Shown: positions 49,356-61,300 of the stretch, in pieces
Layout: each line of letters starts with the position of its first letter
Numbering within the stretch: position 1 is the stretch's first letter
DNA from: Macrostomum hystrix
Taxonomy: Eukaryota; Animalia; Platyhelminthes
Length of the DNA stretch: 64,000 nt
Reading direction: 5' to 3'
NCBI GenBank assembly: GCA_950097015.1
Contig: CATNEN010000015.1
Coordinates: forward strand, 1,550,001-1,614,000
Translations under genes and position numbers: made by a program
Notes under the pieces: model-generated
Told to the model about the DNA's origin: nothing
Database searches by the model: none
Seen by the model: the letters and a program-made list of their open reading frames with translations, nothing else

Positions 49356-49616
49356 ATGTCTCTAACGACCTGCATAGAGTACAGAGGCTCAGCTGCTGCC
49401 CCAGCGCACCTGCGCCTGACTTTGTTACTGCAAGAATCGGTGCAGGGCCTGAAAGCCAAGATCCAACGCGCCCTGACTGTTCCCACCGACCTGATGCGGC
49501 TGTTCTGCGGCAACTTGGAACTGCAGGACGGGGATTCCCTGCTGAAGTATTACAGCTACACGAAGGAGGATTATGAAGGCCGGCGATGCCTGAAACTACA
49601 CCTGCACCTAATGTGA
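49356..49616 (+). CDS. Small ubiquitin-like-fold protein (86 aa) without a C-terminal di-Gly
   Basis: ATG-initiated ORF. SVQGLKAKIQRALTVPTDLMRLFCGNLELQDGDSLLKY mirrors the ubiquitin pattern TIENVKAKIQ...[23 protein letters not shown]. It ends LKLHLHLM*. It may instead be the last exon of a spliced gene. Confidence 0.6.
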   Translation: MSLTTCIEYRGSAAAPAHLRLTLLLQESVQGLKAKIQRALTVPTDLMRLFCGNLELQDGDSLLKYYSYTKEDYEGRRCLKLHLHLM

Positions 49617-49894
49617 CCTACCGGACTCTTTACAAGCCATTATACTCGTCAACACACGTAACTCACCCAGCATTCACGAATTTCAAGCTCGATTCTATTA
49701 TCGCCTTTCTAAACTTTTATTACACAAAGCATTTTAACTAGATATGAGTTAAAAGCATTATCTACTTGTTAATAGTATTAAATCTTGAAGGTTTGGTGTT
49801 CAAGAGTTCACTTCCTAAAGTGACTGAAATTTGGGAATGAAGAATGGGATGTAATAGAGATTGTTGGGAATTAGGATGTGATTCAGTAGCGATT

Positions 49895-50110
49895 GAGGAT
49901 GGGATTCAGTTCAGACTGAAGGATGGGATTCAGTAGGGATTGATGATGGGATTCAGTAGGGATTGAGGATGGGATTCAGTAGGGATTGATGATGGGATTC
50001 AGTAGGGATTGAGGATGGGATTCAGTAGGGATTGAGGATGGGATTCAGTAGGGATTGATGATGGGATTCAGTAGGGATTGATGATGAGATTCAGTTGGGA
50101 TCCTTACAGT
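49895..50110. repeat. 23-bp minisatellite
   Basis: Unit GATGGGATTCAGTAGGGATTGAG, about 8 copies. Confidence 0.9.
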
Positions 50111-50553
50111 AAGGATTCAGTAAGGATTGTGGTTGGGTTCTAGTTGGGATTGAAGGATGGGATTCAGTTGGGACTAAAGGGAAGTGTCAGTTGGGACTTA
50201 TGTTTTTAAATAACAAACACAACAATAGGCAACATCTGTCTGTATGTACGCAAAGCAACAGTTGAGAAGAACAAAAGAACATTGTATCAACTGTTATTAT
50301 TTGAATACACGGCCGTACAGCACAAGTAAGCTAAATACAATAAACTAAGCTTAGAATCGAATAGGAACTAGTGATAAATGAAGAGTTAAAGTCACTGGGA
50401 CTCAAGTGTCTGACTGGAGTGAAGCAGAAATGCTACAACTCGGACAGGTAACGATAGCAATTATACAAGTTACAAATATACAAATACAACAGCAACACCG
50501 GACAACGATCAGAAGTTTTTTGCGAAGCCGTCAGATTATACGAATTAGTAAAT

Positions 50554-53500
50554 TTAGTCGCTGAGAGAGAAGAAAGCTGCGCAGAACTGTTCGACAGCGG
50601 CGGCAGGCAGGTCAGCAGGCGGCTGGGAGCGCAGCTCTCGCATGGCCGGCTTCACGTCGTTGTAGTGCTGAATAGGATTGGGATTCTAGTTAGCGATGGA
50701 AGGCTGCGACAGTGATATTAGCCACTGACATAATGATATAACAGACGGACAGAATGGTATGACAGACGGACAGAATGGTATGACAGACGGACAGAATGGT
50801 ATGACAGACGGACAGAGTGGTATGACAGACGGACAGAATGGTATGACAGACGGACAGAATGGTATGACAGACGGACAGAATGGTATGACAGACGGACAAA
50901 ATGGTATGACAGACGGACAGAATGGTATGACAGACGGACAGAATGGTATGACAGACGGACAAAATGGTATGACAGACGGACAGAATGGTATGACAGACGG
51001 ACAGAATGGTTTGACAGACGGACAGAATGGTATGACAGAAGGACAGAATGGTATGACAGATATGGCAGAAACGGAATAAAGACAAATAAGAAATGCATGC
51101 TAAACAAAGTTAGATAAAGCAACGGGGTGGGTCAGGGGAGTGGCAGTCGCAGAGCAAAGGCCGAACCGAGACCCTATTACACTTCCGTCCAGAATGCAAA
51201 GGAAATCATCAGAGGATGCACCAGCATTAACTGTCAGAGCTCATCAATCCTTTTAGATATGGATCTGTCCGCACGAAAGTGTCACAGGGCCTCGGCAGCC
51301 CGGGTTGTGTTGCTAATAATAAAGACACGTGGAAATTAAAGTCAACATTAAAAAAGCTATTCAAGATGCAATTCAGACTACTAACATTAAGAATAAAAGT
51401 AATATATAACGAAAATGCTAGAAGTGCAAGCAGCAGGCTCTCACAATATTGAGGCAGGCCAGGGACCGTTCGTACACCAGCCTGCGCAGATGCCGGTCGT
51501 TCGCTTCGACATAGTCTCGATTGGCGGCGCCATCATCGTCGGCGTCGATGCCAGAAGCCGCTGCGCCCCAGACTCCGCAGCGCAGCAGGCAGGCCACTAG
51601 CTGTTTAAGTTCCAAGCGTGCCTTGTCCAATCTGTCCAGCTTGCTGTCCAGCTCGTCTCGGGTTGGCGTTTCCTCGTCAACTAGCATGCCGACAGCCGGG
51701 CCCGACTGCTGCTTGCCGGCCTGGGGAGCGGGAACGATAGCTTATTTTATTGTACACCGCATAATTGGAAATTCTTTAAAAGATATGAATGGAAAAACCG
51801 CGAATATTCCCCAATCGCCGATAGATTTATCATTCTTTTGTATGCTAAGCTGCAAACACGTCACAAAATATATGTATGGAATGACCGTTTTTGACATGCA
51901 ACTTAGCAAATTATCTGCCACAGAAAGGGGAGCCTGAAGCAGCCATTGAAGCGGTAATTTTCCCATTGAGGAGAAAATCACTGGACTGAGCAGGGGCAAA
52001 TTGTGGCCATCAGCTTAAAATACTTATGTACAGCTTGAAATGAACTCTATACGAACTGCGAATCTGATAAATCCGATACTAATCGGGAATCACATAGACC
52101 CGATACTAACAGGGAATCCCATAGACCCGATACTAACAGGGAATCCCATAGATCCGATACTAACAGGGAATCCCATAGACCCGATACTAACAGGGAATCC
52201 TATAGACCCGATACTAACAGGGAATCCCATAGACCCGATACAAATAGGGAATCTCATACTAATAGGGAATCCCATAGACCCGATACTAACAGGGAGTCCC
52301 ATAGACCCGATACAAATAGGGAATCTCATACTAATAGGGAATCCCATAGACCCGATACTAATATTGGGAATCCCATAGACCCGATACTAATAGGGAATCC
52401 CATAGACCCGATACTAACCGGGAATCCCATAGACCAGATAATAACAGGGAATCCCATAGACCCGATACTAATCGGGAATCCCATAGACCAGATAATAACA
52501 GGGAATCCCATAGACCTGATACTAATATAGGGAATCCCATAGACCGTATACTAATATAGGGAATCCCATAGACCTGATACTAATATAGGGAATCCTATAG
52601 ACCTGATACTAATATAGGGAATCCCATAGACCTGATACTAATAGGGAATCCCATAGACCTGATACTAATATAGGGAATCCCATAGACCGGATACTAATAG
52701 GGAATCCTATAGACCCGATACTAATAGGGAACCCCATAGATCCGATTCTAATAGGTAATACCATCGACCCGATAATATCAGGGAATCCAATAGACGTAAA
52801 TGCGAATTATTAAATCAAATAAATTATTTTTACTTTGGCCTTCAACAATGTTGCTAATTGTGCGCTGAACAAAGTTACAGTCACAGACAACTTTAACACT
52901 GTCACGTGACTGAAATTTGAGTACGCGCTCAGCAAATTTTCTGCCACAAAAGGGAAAGCCTGAAGCAGTCATTTGCTAGACTGAGCAGGGGCAAATTGTG
53001 GCCTTAAACAACTGTACTATTGATACCTAGGCATTGCATTATCTGAGTTGATCAGTTCCTCACCCGTTGATCAGTCTGCATCCTCTGCGAGCCGGCTCCA
53101 TCCTCGGCGTCTCCGACAGAGCCGGCGCCCCGCATCCTCTCGTGATAATTGTCATACCTCTGCCTGGCCCTGGCCCAATCCTCAGCTAGCTTGGTCAGCT
53201 GTTTGCACATCTTGCTCAGGGTGGACTCGGCAGCGTCCCAGGCGTAGCAGCGGCTCAGCTCCAGCCGAGGCAGCAGACCGTCCGTGGCATCGCCCAGGCA
53301 GTCGCTAAAGAGCCAGTCGAACACGGCCTGACAGTCCACCAGCTGCACCTTGACCAGCTTGTCAAGCAGCACCACCAGCATCTGCTCGTGCCAGCGCCAG
53401 CACTCGTAGAGGGTGGCGAGCAGGCGCAGCTTGGCAGGCCGGTGATCCAATGGGACTAGAGCCTTGCAGACGGAATGAAACTTGGCCAATGCGGCAAAAC

Positions 53501-56500
53501 TGTGACTGAAACTCTTACTGCCGAGGAACAGCAGAGTGGAGAAGAACACGTCCACCTGGATGCGGGAATTCGAATATAATTAGCCAAATATTTCTGGCCA
53601 GTTTGAGCAACAGGAGTTATAGCCTTGTGGTTAGAGGGTCGGACTCACGACTTGAAGGTCTGGAGTTCGATTCCCGACCACATTAGAACAATATAACCCA
53701 TAAGTCCATGGACTGAACAGCCGTACACAGCTTTCAGAAGTTCCGCGCAATAACTGCGGCTGTGCTCAGCAGCGGTCAGCGGGATGGGCACAATGGCCTC
53801 CTACTATTATGGAATAATTTGCCCCGTACCTACAGCCCTCCTGCAATTATTTTATTAATCGCAGATTTGTCTTAAACAGCGAACTCACCTTGAGCAGGAG
53901 GTGTCTCTCAGTAGACAAGTTGGCACTGGAGTCACCATTAGCCAGAACAGTCGGCACAGGCAGAGTATTGAGCACCTCGATAGCTCGCTCCGGAGTGCAT
54001 CTCTCCCTGATGGCATCGATAAGTCGGTGAGCGCACTGCACCACCTCCGGGCTGAAGTCCTCCTCAATATCGTATTTGTAGTGGCACTCCGGCTGCTTAT
54101 CGTGCAACAGCAGAGGAGCCAGCTCGGAGCCGAATGCCTTGCGCACGTGATCATAGTAGGAGAATCGAACCAGAAGCTGGGCCGTGTCGCGCAGAAACAC
54201 CAGCTTTGGGTGCAGGTATGCCAGTTCCTGGAAGGTTGAGCTGAGGAATGTCAATCTCAGAAGTGCAATATTTCAAAAGTACTTAACAGTACCATCAGTA
54301 CCAGGCCATTTTGCCGCCCGTTTTTTATACGAAGGAGGGGGAATCCACCCTGAAATGTTATTGCCAGCGCCTGAATGCTAACAGCGACGGGTGGTGACTA
54401 ACTGGTAGACAGACTAGGCGATGGTGTCCTGTGGTTGAGCTGCGCCAAATATTCGGGTGATATACTTATACATTTTGAAGGCCTGGCAAGGCCGCACTGA
54501 GGCGCAGTGCTAATTTGAGTATCGGGGTGTATGAAATACAATAGCTCTTATTGGAAGAATAAGACCTTCGGCCAGAACCATTGAATATCTAGACGTTCAG
54601 AAGAGCTGGCGACTTGATTTTTGTTTCAGAAGATGCGTAACAAAAATTTGGCCCGTGTTCTTGAGTTTTGTGTGCTTGCGTTGCTCCTTTCGGGTGCAGC
54701 ACAAAAAAATTTCAGGGGAAAATTTCCACCACTAGGTAGTTCTGCTGTTAACAATCATAAAACACAATCTTGTGCTGGCCTTACCTTGCACTCTTCGGTC
54801 CAATCAGACCAGGACCATTGGTACTTGCACTGGCTCAGATGGTAAGAGAACCATTTAGCCAATCTACTCAGGCACTCAGCATTGAGTCCGGTAATTCTAT
54901 CAAACAGACTGAAGGTGGCCTGGACAACCACATTAGGCATGGTTTCCGGGTCCTCTTTGCACAGCTCGATTAGCAGGGAACAATAGAACAGGTGCAAACT
55001 ATCCGACTCAGGTAGGCGAAGCATTTGGCCCAGCACCAGTTCCACAATCATGTAGGGAAGCGGTACTCGAACACCGAATCGAGCGCTCAGTAATGATTTG
55101 GCGCACTCCTTGCGATCATGATAGTGACAAGCGATCAGAGCCGCCAGGTGCTCTTCCACCAGGTAGCGTTCGATAGAGTGCTCACCTGAGATAAATAGGG
55201 TTGAATTGAATAACTAACTATTGGAGCAGTTTGTGTCATTGAGGTAAGGTTACAAGATTAGTGTTTTGAAGGCACACGTTTTTTTAATTTAGTTCATTTA
55301 ATTAATGACTGCGCAATGTGTTCACTGGAGATTCCATTTTGACTCCTTAATTCTTCCTTATAGCCCATTTTAATGCGCAGAGACATTGTCCAACCACCAC
55401 ATCTGCTTTAGCGAATGTTAAGATTGAAAATTGTCTGCGCAATAGCTGCGGATGTGCGAATGGCTTTACATTCGGCCTAGCTAATGCATTTCTATCTATA
55501 GAAGTCAAGTCGGTCTTCAGAGGAGTGGGTACGAAAGTTTGAGTCTTAGCAACTGAAGCTTAGGAATTCAGGTGGATTTAAATAGATTCGCAACAATATT
55601 AAGTACGACACTGGCAGAGCGGTTAACGCGTTTGCCTCTCGCACTTATGTCCCTGAGTTCGATTCCGCGGTCAGGCCACATTTATTTTGGGGCGCGGCCG
55701 CGCAGACGAGGCTTTAGGGCTTGTAGTGCAATTTACGTCCTTGAGGGCCAACCAACCAGTGAGAGTGTACACTGCCTGACGATGAGAAAGGGCAGATGTA
55801 CACACCTATGTGAGTGTGTACCTGTGTACGGTATCTGTTCGTGTGTGCTCAGGAGTCAGCGAAATGGGTAGAATTGCCTCCTCGCTGGCTGCGGGTCTAG
55901 TTTCACCTAATTATGCGCCATTACCCGCTGCCCTTCTGCAATTATCATTATTAGAATATTGATGACAACTCGCTATATTAATAAGTATAACTGACCAGGC
56001 AAAGCGGGTCCGTCTTCAGGCACATCAGTGTAGTCAAATAGGCGAAACACAGACCTGGGCGGCGGATAACTAGACGCTGCCGTTGACGCCGCAGAGCCTG
56101 TCGAAGAGCCGGGCAGCTCCTCGTGAGGCTGCGGCGCGATGGCAGCCGGCAGACTGTGACAGACCGCATCAGGCGAGGCTAGCATAGAGGCGAATGCCTC
56201 GAAACGGAGGCTGCACTTTTCTCGCCAATCCGACTTGGCCAGTGATTGTATCTGAGAGAATAGAATAGGTGATAGGTCAGATTAATAACTAGGGGAGTTT
56301 TTAATTGAATTAAAGGGGCCGAAAGTTATCTGATATGTATAGAAAAGTATGAATTAATACTTGCTTGAACCATAATATTGTATTTACCTGATGCCACAGA
56401 CTGTCGATCCAGTCCTCCTGGCCAGTCAGACAGCTAATGGTGGTCACGTGAGCCAGGCTTCGCCTAGCCCGGTAGCTGTCAACGCTGGCCAGCAGTTGGG

Positions 56501-59500
56501 CCAGCTCGGGCCGGTGCTTATCGGCTAGGGGCGCCGCTGCCCAGGGTAGGCTGGCCAGCACTAGGTGAACGAAACAGTCCGATCTGGAATTAATGTAGAG
56601 TTAATGGGTAAGGCTAGGGTAACAAATAGGAGACAGGGAAGAAAGGCAGGGGTAGAACACAATAAAGGGGAGAAATGCAGGGGTAGAACATAGAAGAAAT
56701 GGGAGACAGGCAGGGGTAGAACACAGCAGAATGTTGGAGAAAGGCAGTGTTTTGAACACAGGAGAATCCCTAAGAATGGAAGACAATGACACATGACAGG
56801 TAAAGTATATCTATTGGGAGACAGAAGACGAAGCATTCTCACCGAGCCTGCGGAATGCCCTCCTCCAGGGTGACACCAAGAAAAGCGTTGAACAACTGCA
56901 GCAGCGAGGCCGGAGAAACCACTCTATAGTTGGCCAATTCGGCCAGGAATCGAACCATGCAGTACAGGGAGGGCCAGTCGCCGCCAGATTGCAATTCGGT
57001 GCGCAGCTCCTTGACTAGGCGCTCCAGAAACTGCATAGTAAAAAGTTGATAGTAAAAGACAGGCTGATAGTACACAGTTAGTCAATTTTTTGGCTATTAA
57101 TGAAGCAGTCTAAACATACCTCGCCAACAAAGTCGTGATTCTTTAAATTAATCAGCCCAATCAGAGTGCTGTAGACTCGCAGTTTGTCCGGCCGTTCGGC
57201 TGCGCTGAAATTATCAAGACAGACACGATGAAAACAAAACTGCCGAAGCATATAGCAGTCTGCGAATAATCCCGAAAGCTGAAAACGGCACTCACCAAGC
57301 AACAAGAACATTGATGATGGCATCCTTGAACTTGCCAATCTCGCTCTCCAGCACCACAGACAGATCGTGGACATCATTTTGAACTGTTTCGTGTTGTTCA
57401 ATTGTTGACTGAAATAAATAATAATTAAATCAGTGAAATAAAATAAAACTAATATTGTGCAATCAAGACTGCTTGTAGACTTACATGATTTCCTAACTGA
57501 GCAATAAGATCCTCAAGGCGCTCTTTAGCAATCAACTCTTCATATTCCCCGCGAGATCGCTTTGATCTTCCACCTGTTGTAAAGGTATAACAGGCTTTTT
57601 GTAATAATGTGTTGAACTTGCGTGCACGGCAGCTGTTCACTCAAAGCCATACTTGTGTGCACGGTCAACATGCAGACAGGTGACCATCTGCACTGCATGC
57701 TTGACTTACTTATTAGCTCAAGTATACACTGTACTGTCAAATTGCACGATTGATATTGCGTGGTGCATGGCTATCTTGCACTGAAATGAGTGCATGCATA
57801 TAAATGTGATTCGAAGCACTATCTACATACATGCACATATCTTAAATGATATGTTTGTTCAATTCACAATTGCATGCAAAGTGAAGTGTACAATGTAGTT
57901 CTTTGAGATCAGAGTCGCAGTCACATACTACTTATACATGTACATGTAATGTATGTGATGTGTGTATGTAGTGTACCATACACGTAATGTACATGAGCAT
58001 ATGCATTCCCGAAAACCCAGGAAAATTTGCTTCGAAGGATTTGTCACATCACTGACTTTGTGGCAGTGTTTGTGTATGAACAGTGCATGTATACGTGTAC
58101 GGAAAGTCAATGCATGATATGCATATGCATACGTTTATGATTTATTCATTCAACTCCAAATTCACCATCTAGTGGTCCCTGCTTGTAGCATACACTACAA
58201 GGGAGGGAGGCAACCTCCCTCCTTGCCATGTTCTCCTTATTTGCAATTGTCTGAAATCAGTTGTCTGATTGCCATTACAAAGGAATTCTTTGGAATTACT
58301 AAACTTGTATTGCAATGTACAAGTCATCACAATTGTCATATGCAACTGTTTCTACAAACAAAAGGTCATTTAACTACTGTCAATTTTAAAAGGAGACAAT
58401 CAGATTGGCAAATCCTTTCATTTTGAAGTGCATAAAGATGGTTACTTTGTTAAAGTTATTGCAATTTGTGAATATTTCAAATGTGCACCGGCATGCCAGC
58501 TTGAAAGACTTTTGTTTTCCTAGCGGCAATACAATGTCACTAGTAATTACTAAATACTAGGATTACCTCTTGCTTGATATCATTTTTTCTTATCCATTGT
58601 ATCTTGCCTGAATTTCAAATGTAAAGTTCATTTAAGACAGTTTTTACAAAGCTGATGTGCAGGGCTCGCTTAGCTATCTTGATCCATACGTCGACGTAAA
58701 CCAGCTCAAGAGCTACCTGCGGTCAACATCACCTATTTATGTCTGCCCAGAATGTTCTGCTGACGCTGGAACAGGCAGAATGATATTGTGCGACGTCTGT
58801 CAGCGTTGGCTTCATTATGCCTACGCTGACATTAGGAAGGCACCAAAGGCCACCACAATTTGGTCTTGTAAGCTTTGCAGGCGTAAATAAATGACCGACT
58901 GTACACACATTTTTTGCAGCAGCAGTAGCAACAATTATAACAGCAGATTTAGTGGAAATGAAACGCTAAGTGAGCGAAGTTGCAAACCTATGGCAGCTCT
59001 CATAATATAGAAAGCTACTTGTACACACTACCAATACGAGCGTTGATGTACAGTACAGTCGCTATACTGTATGCTCACCTATTGCATTTCAACTAGTTGT
59101 AAACAATCACATAAGTTACGAACTTACTAATGGTTTTATTTTTGGACTCAATGTTACCGTTTCCGACAGACTAGGTCTAACTGTCTACGAGCAAGATTTA
59201 GGTCAGGTGTGAAGTAGTATGTATCTAGGTTCCAAAAGTTGGTGCTGCCTGTAAATCACTGATTATTACCCCACAATATTTTCAAGTGATCCTTGATAAG
59301 ATGCTAACAACTGAAACCATAGCTTTCTGAAATGGGCTGCTTACAACCTACACTCTTTTCATCTTTTTTTGCGCCAATATTAAAGGATATAAATAAAATG
59401 TGTCATTTTTATGTACAGTAGTGAACATGCAAGTACGATGGCAATATTATTATAATACACAATAAATGCTGTATGTCCAAGTAAATCTGACCATTTTATA

Positions 59501-61300
59501 TTTTATGCTTAGACAATAAATGCAAAATTTTAGTTTAGTTTTCAGTCTTCGATGCAAGCTTTATCTCTGAAGTTCTCTTTGTGGCTTTGTCTTCTTACAT
59601 TTTTTACTGATCATTCTTGATTATTAATCTCTCCGATTTGCGCCATGTCTCCTGCTGGGGGCGGCCCGTTCCCTACTGGTGCCCCATATTTATCCATGGC
59701 CAAAGAACTGGTTTACATGTATTAAGTGTTCACATTTCATCTCTCCCTCACCAGACTGTTAATCATGCCATCATTAAAGACGATTCTGTAACGACCATGC
59801 CATTTATAAGAAAAGTTCGCGGTGCTTAAATGCTTATTGCACCAAGGAGGAGCAGTTCAGAATGTCCTGTTTTACAATGCCGAGACCTGGACGTTGCGTT
59901 GGAATGTATGCAGTTCATGTACATGTAATATATATGTAATGTATGTGACTGCAACTGGGTACGCATAAAACCTGGCCATCACTAAGCATCGGCTCAGAAT
60001 AACAAAATCCATATATTATTGCGGAACGAGCATTACATAGTATTTTTTCAAGAGCTTAGAAGTTGTGTCGTATGTTTAAGATCGAATAACAAGCAATAAA
60101 CATTTAATAAAATGTTATTTCCTAGCACTTAAAACATCTTAATTGCTATAAACTACTTTTCATTAATAAAAGAAATAATGATTTGTTATTCTGAACCAAT
60201 TCCAGGCTAGTGATGCCCTACTGCGACTCTGATCTCAAAGAAATACATTGTACACTTCACTTTGCATGTGATTATGAATCGAACAAACATATCATTTGAG
60301 ATATGTGCATGTATGTACATAGTGCTTCAAATCACTTTTATATGTGTGCACTCATTTCAGTGATACAAGCTAATAAGTAAGTCAAGCATGCAGTGCAGAT
60401 GGTCACATGTCTGCATGTTGACTGTGCACACAAGTATGGCTTTGAGCGAACGGCTGCCGTGAATTCAAGTATGGCTTTGGGCGAATGGCTGCCGTGCACG
60501 CAAGTATGGCTTTGGGCAAACGGCAGCCATGTACACAAGTATGGCTTTGGGCGAATGGCTGCCGTGCATGCAAGTATGGCTTTGGGCGAACGGCAGCCGT
60601 GTATACAAGTATGGCTTTGGGCGAACGGCAGCCGTGCACGCAAGCTCTTCATAAATTTTTATATAAATTCACTTTTACTGAGTATATATAAAGCTAAAAA
60701 ACACAAATATTTAAAAATGTTACTAATGACATTTTGGTTCAATCAACTATGTAGTGAGGCCTAGAGTGCATAGGTTTGTGCCAACTAATTTATGCATTAT
60801 GCAACTGAATTTTCTAACCAAAACTGCTAGTCCTTTCTAACAATGGAGCTAGCTTGCCTACTTGCCACCAATGACAATGTTTTACTTAACTGAATTTGCC
60901 TCACTGGTGGTAACCCCAATGCACAGGCCAGATTTTTCAAACAGACACTAAGCCCTAAGGTACTGGGTACAATAGCTAGGTCAATCAAGCAAGCAAGCAA
61001 ACAAAATGGTGAGATTTTACTTGAATAAAACTTACTATACAAAAAGACACATAAATAAGCACAATAATAGCTTTCTTTATCATGAAGCCTTGCATGCATG
61101 AGAGCGGGAAGCTACTGTGGTGGTAGCTAGCAAGTGACAGAAGTGGCAGTGATACAGTAGCTAGCCAGAGTAGTAGGCCTAGCTGATACAGGTCACTTAC
61201 CACCTTCATTATCGTCATTATCGTGAATATTGTGATGGTGCTGCGATCGATCAGCTCTACTATGCCCATGTGCATGCGCATATCGTTGAGAATGGGACAT
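50554..61300 (-). CDS. NCBP1: Nuclear cap-binding protein subunit 1 (CBP80), 12 exons, about 882 aa
   Basis: Exons 61300-61201, 57573-57485, 57408-57296, 57204-57120, 57030-56843, 56583-56388, 56251-55996, 55185-54785, 54227-53889, 53555-53064, 51720-51445, 50667-50554; phase-consistent GT-AG. The peptides PDKLRVYSTLIGLIN, VRFLAELANY, LASLPW, VFRLFDYTDVPED, PYMIVELVLGQMLRLP, KWFSYHLSQCKYQWSWSDW and VEQFCAA match CBP80 as recalled. Confidence 0.95.
50740..51062. repeat. 21-bp minisatellite in the last NCBP1 intron
   Basis: Unit GACAGACGGACAGAATGGTAT, about 15 copies. Confidence 0.96.
52070..52790. repeat. 27-bp minisatellite in an NCBP1 intron
   Basis: Unit GGGAATCCCATAGACCCGATACTAACA and indel variants. 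Confidence 0.95.
53615..53856 (+). mobile_element. tRNA-derived SINE family B copy lacking the CORE-like segment
   Basis: A-box TAGCCTTGTGG and B-box GAGTTCGATTCCC. GTCCATGGACTGAAC body shared with 17948. The 3' tail is shared with family A. Confidence 0.75.
55605..55952 (+). mobile_element. tRNA-derived SINE family A, copy 3 (NCBP1 intron)
   Basis: A-box TGGCAGAGCGG (55612), B-box GAGTTCGATTCC (55655), family body and tail. Confidence 0.88.
58657..58890 (+). pseudogene. PHD finger remnant inside the long-TIR element
   Basis: YVCPEC...MILCDVCQRWLHYAY...WSCKLC matches the C4HC3 PHD pattern with the Cys after His replaced by Tyr. The upstream frame is not continuous. Confidence 0.7.
60430..60647. 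repeat. 35-bp tandem expansion within the right TIR
   Basis: Unit CAAGTATGGCTTTGGGCGAACGGCAGCCGTGTACA, about 6 copies; single copy in the left TIR. Confidence 0.9.

Larger units (their letters stand above)
57614..60647. mobile_element. About 3-kb non-autonomous DNA transposon with long (about 300-bp) terminal inverted repeats in NCBP1 intron 1
   Basis: 57614-57921 is the reverse complement of 60222-60647. The ends are GAACTTGCGTGCACGGC and GCCGTGCACGCAAGCTC. A further inverted segment pairs 57915-57960 with 59900-59950. No clear TSD. Confidence 0.8.

Noticed and set aside
53615-53680. tRNA genes at the SINE heads (also 15520, 48255, 55612, 789)
   Set aside because: A and B boxes are present but there is no complete cloverleaf, and each full copy continues into a repeated SINE body.
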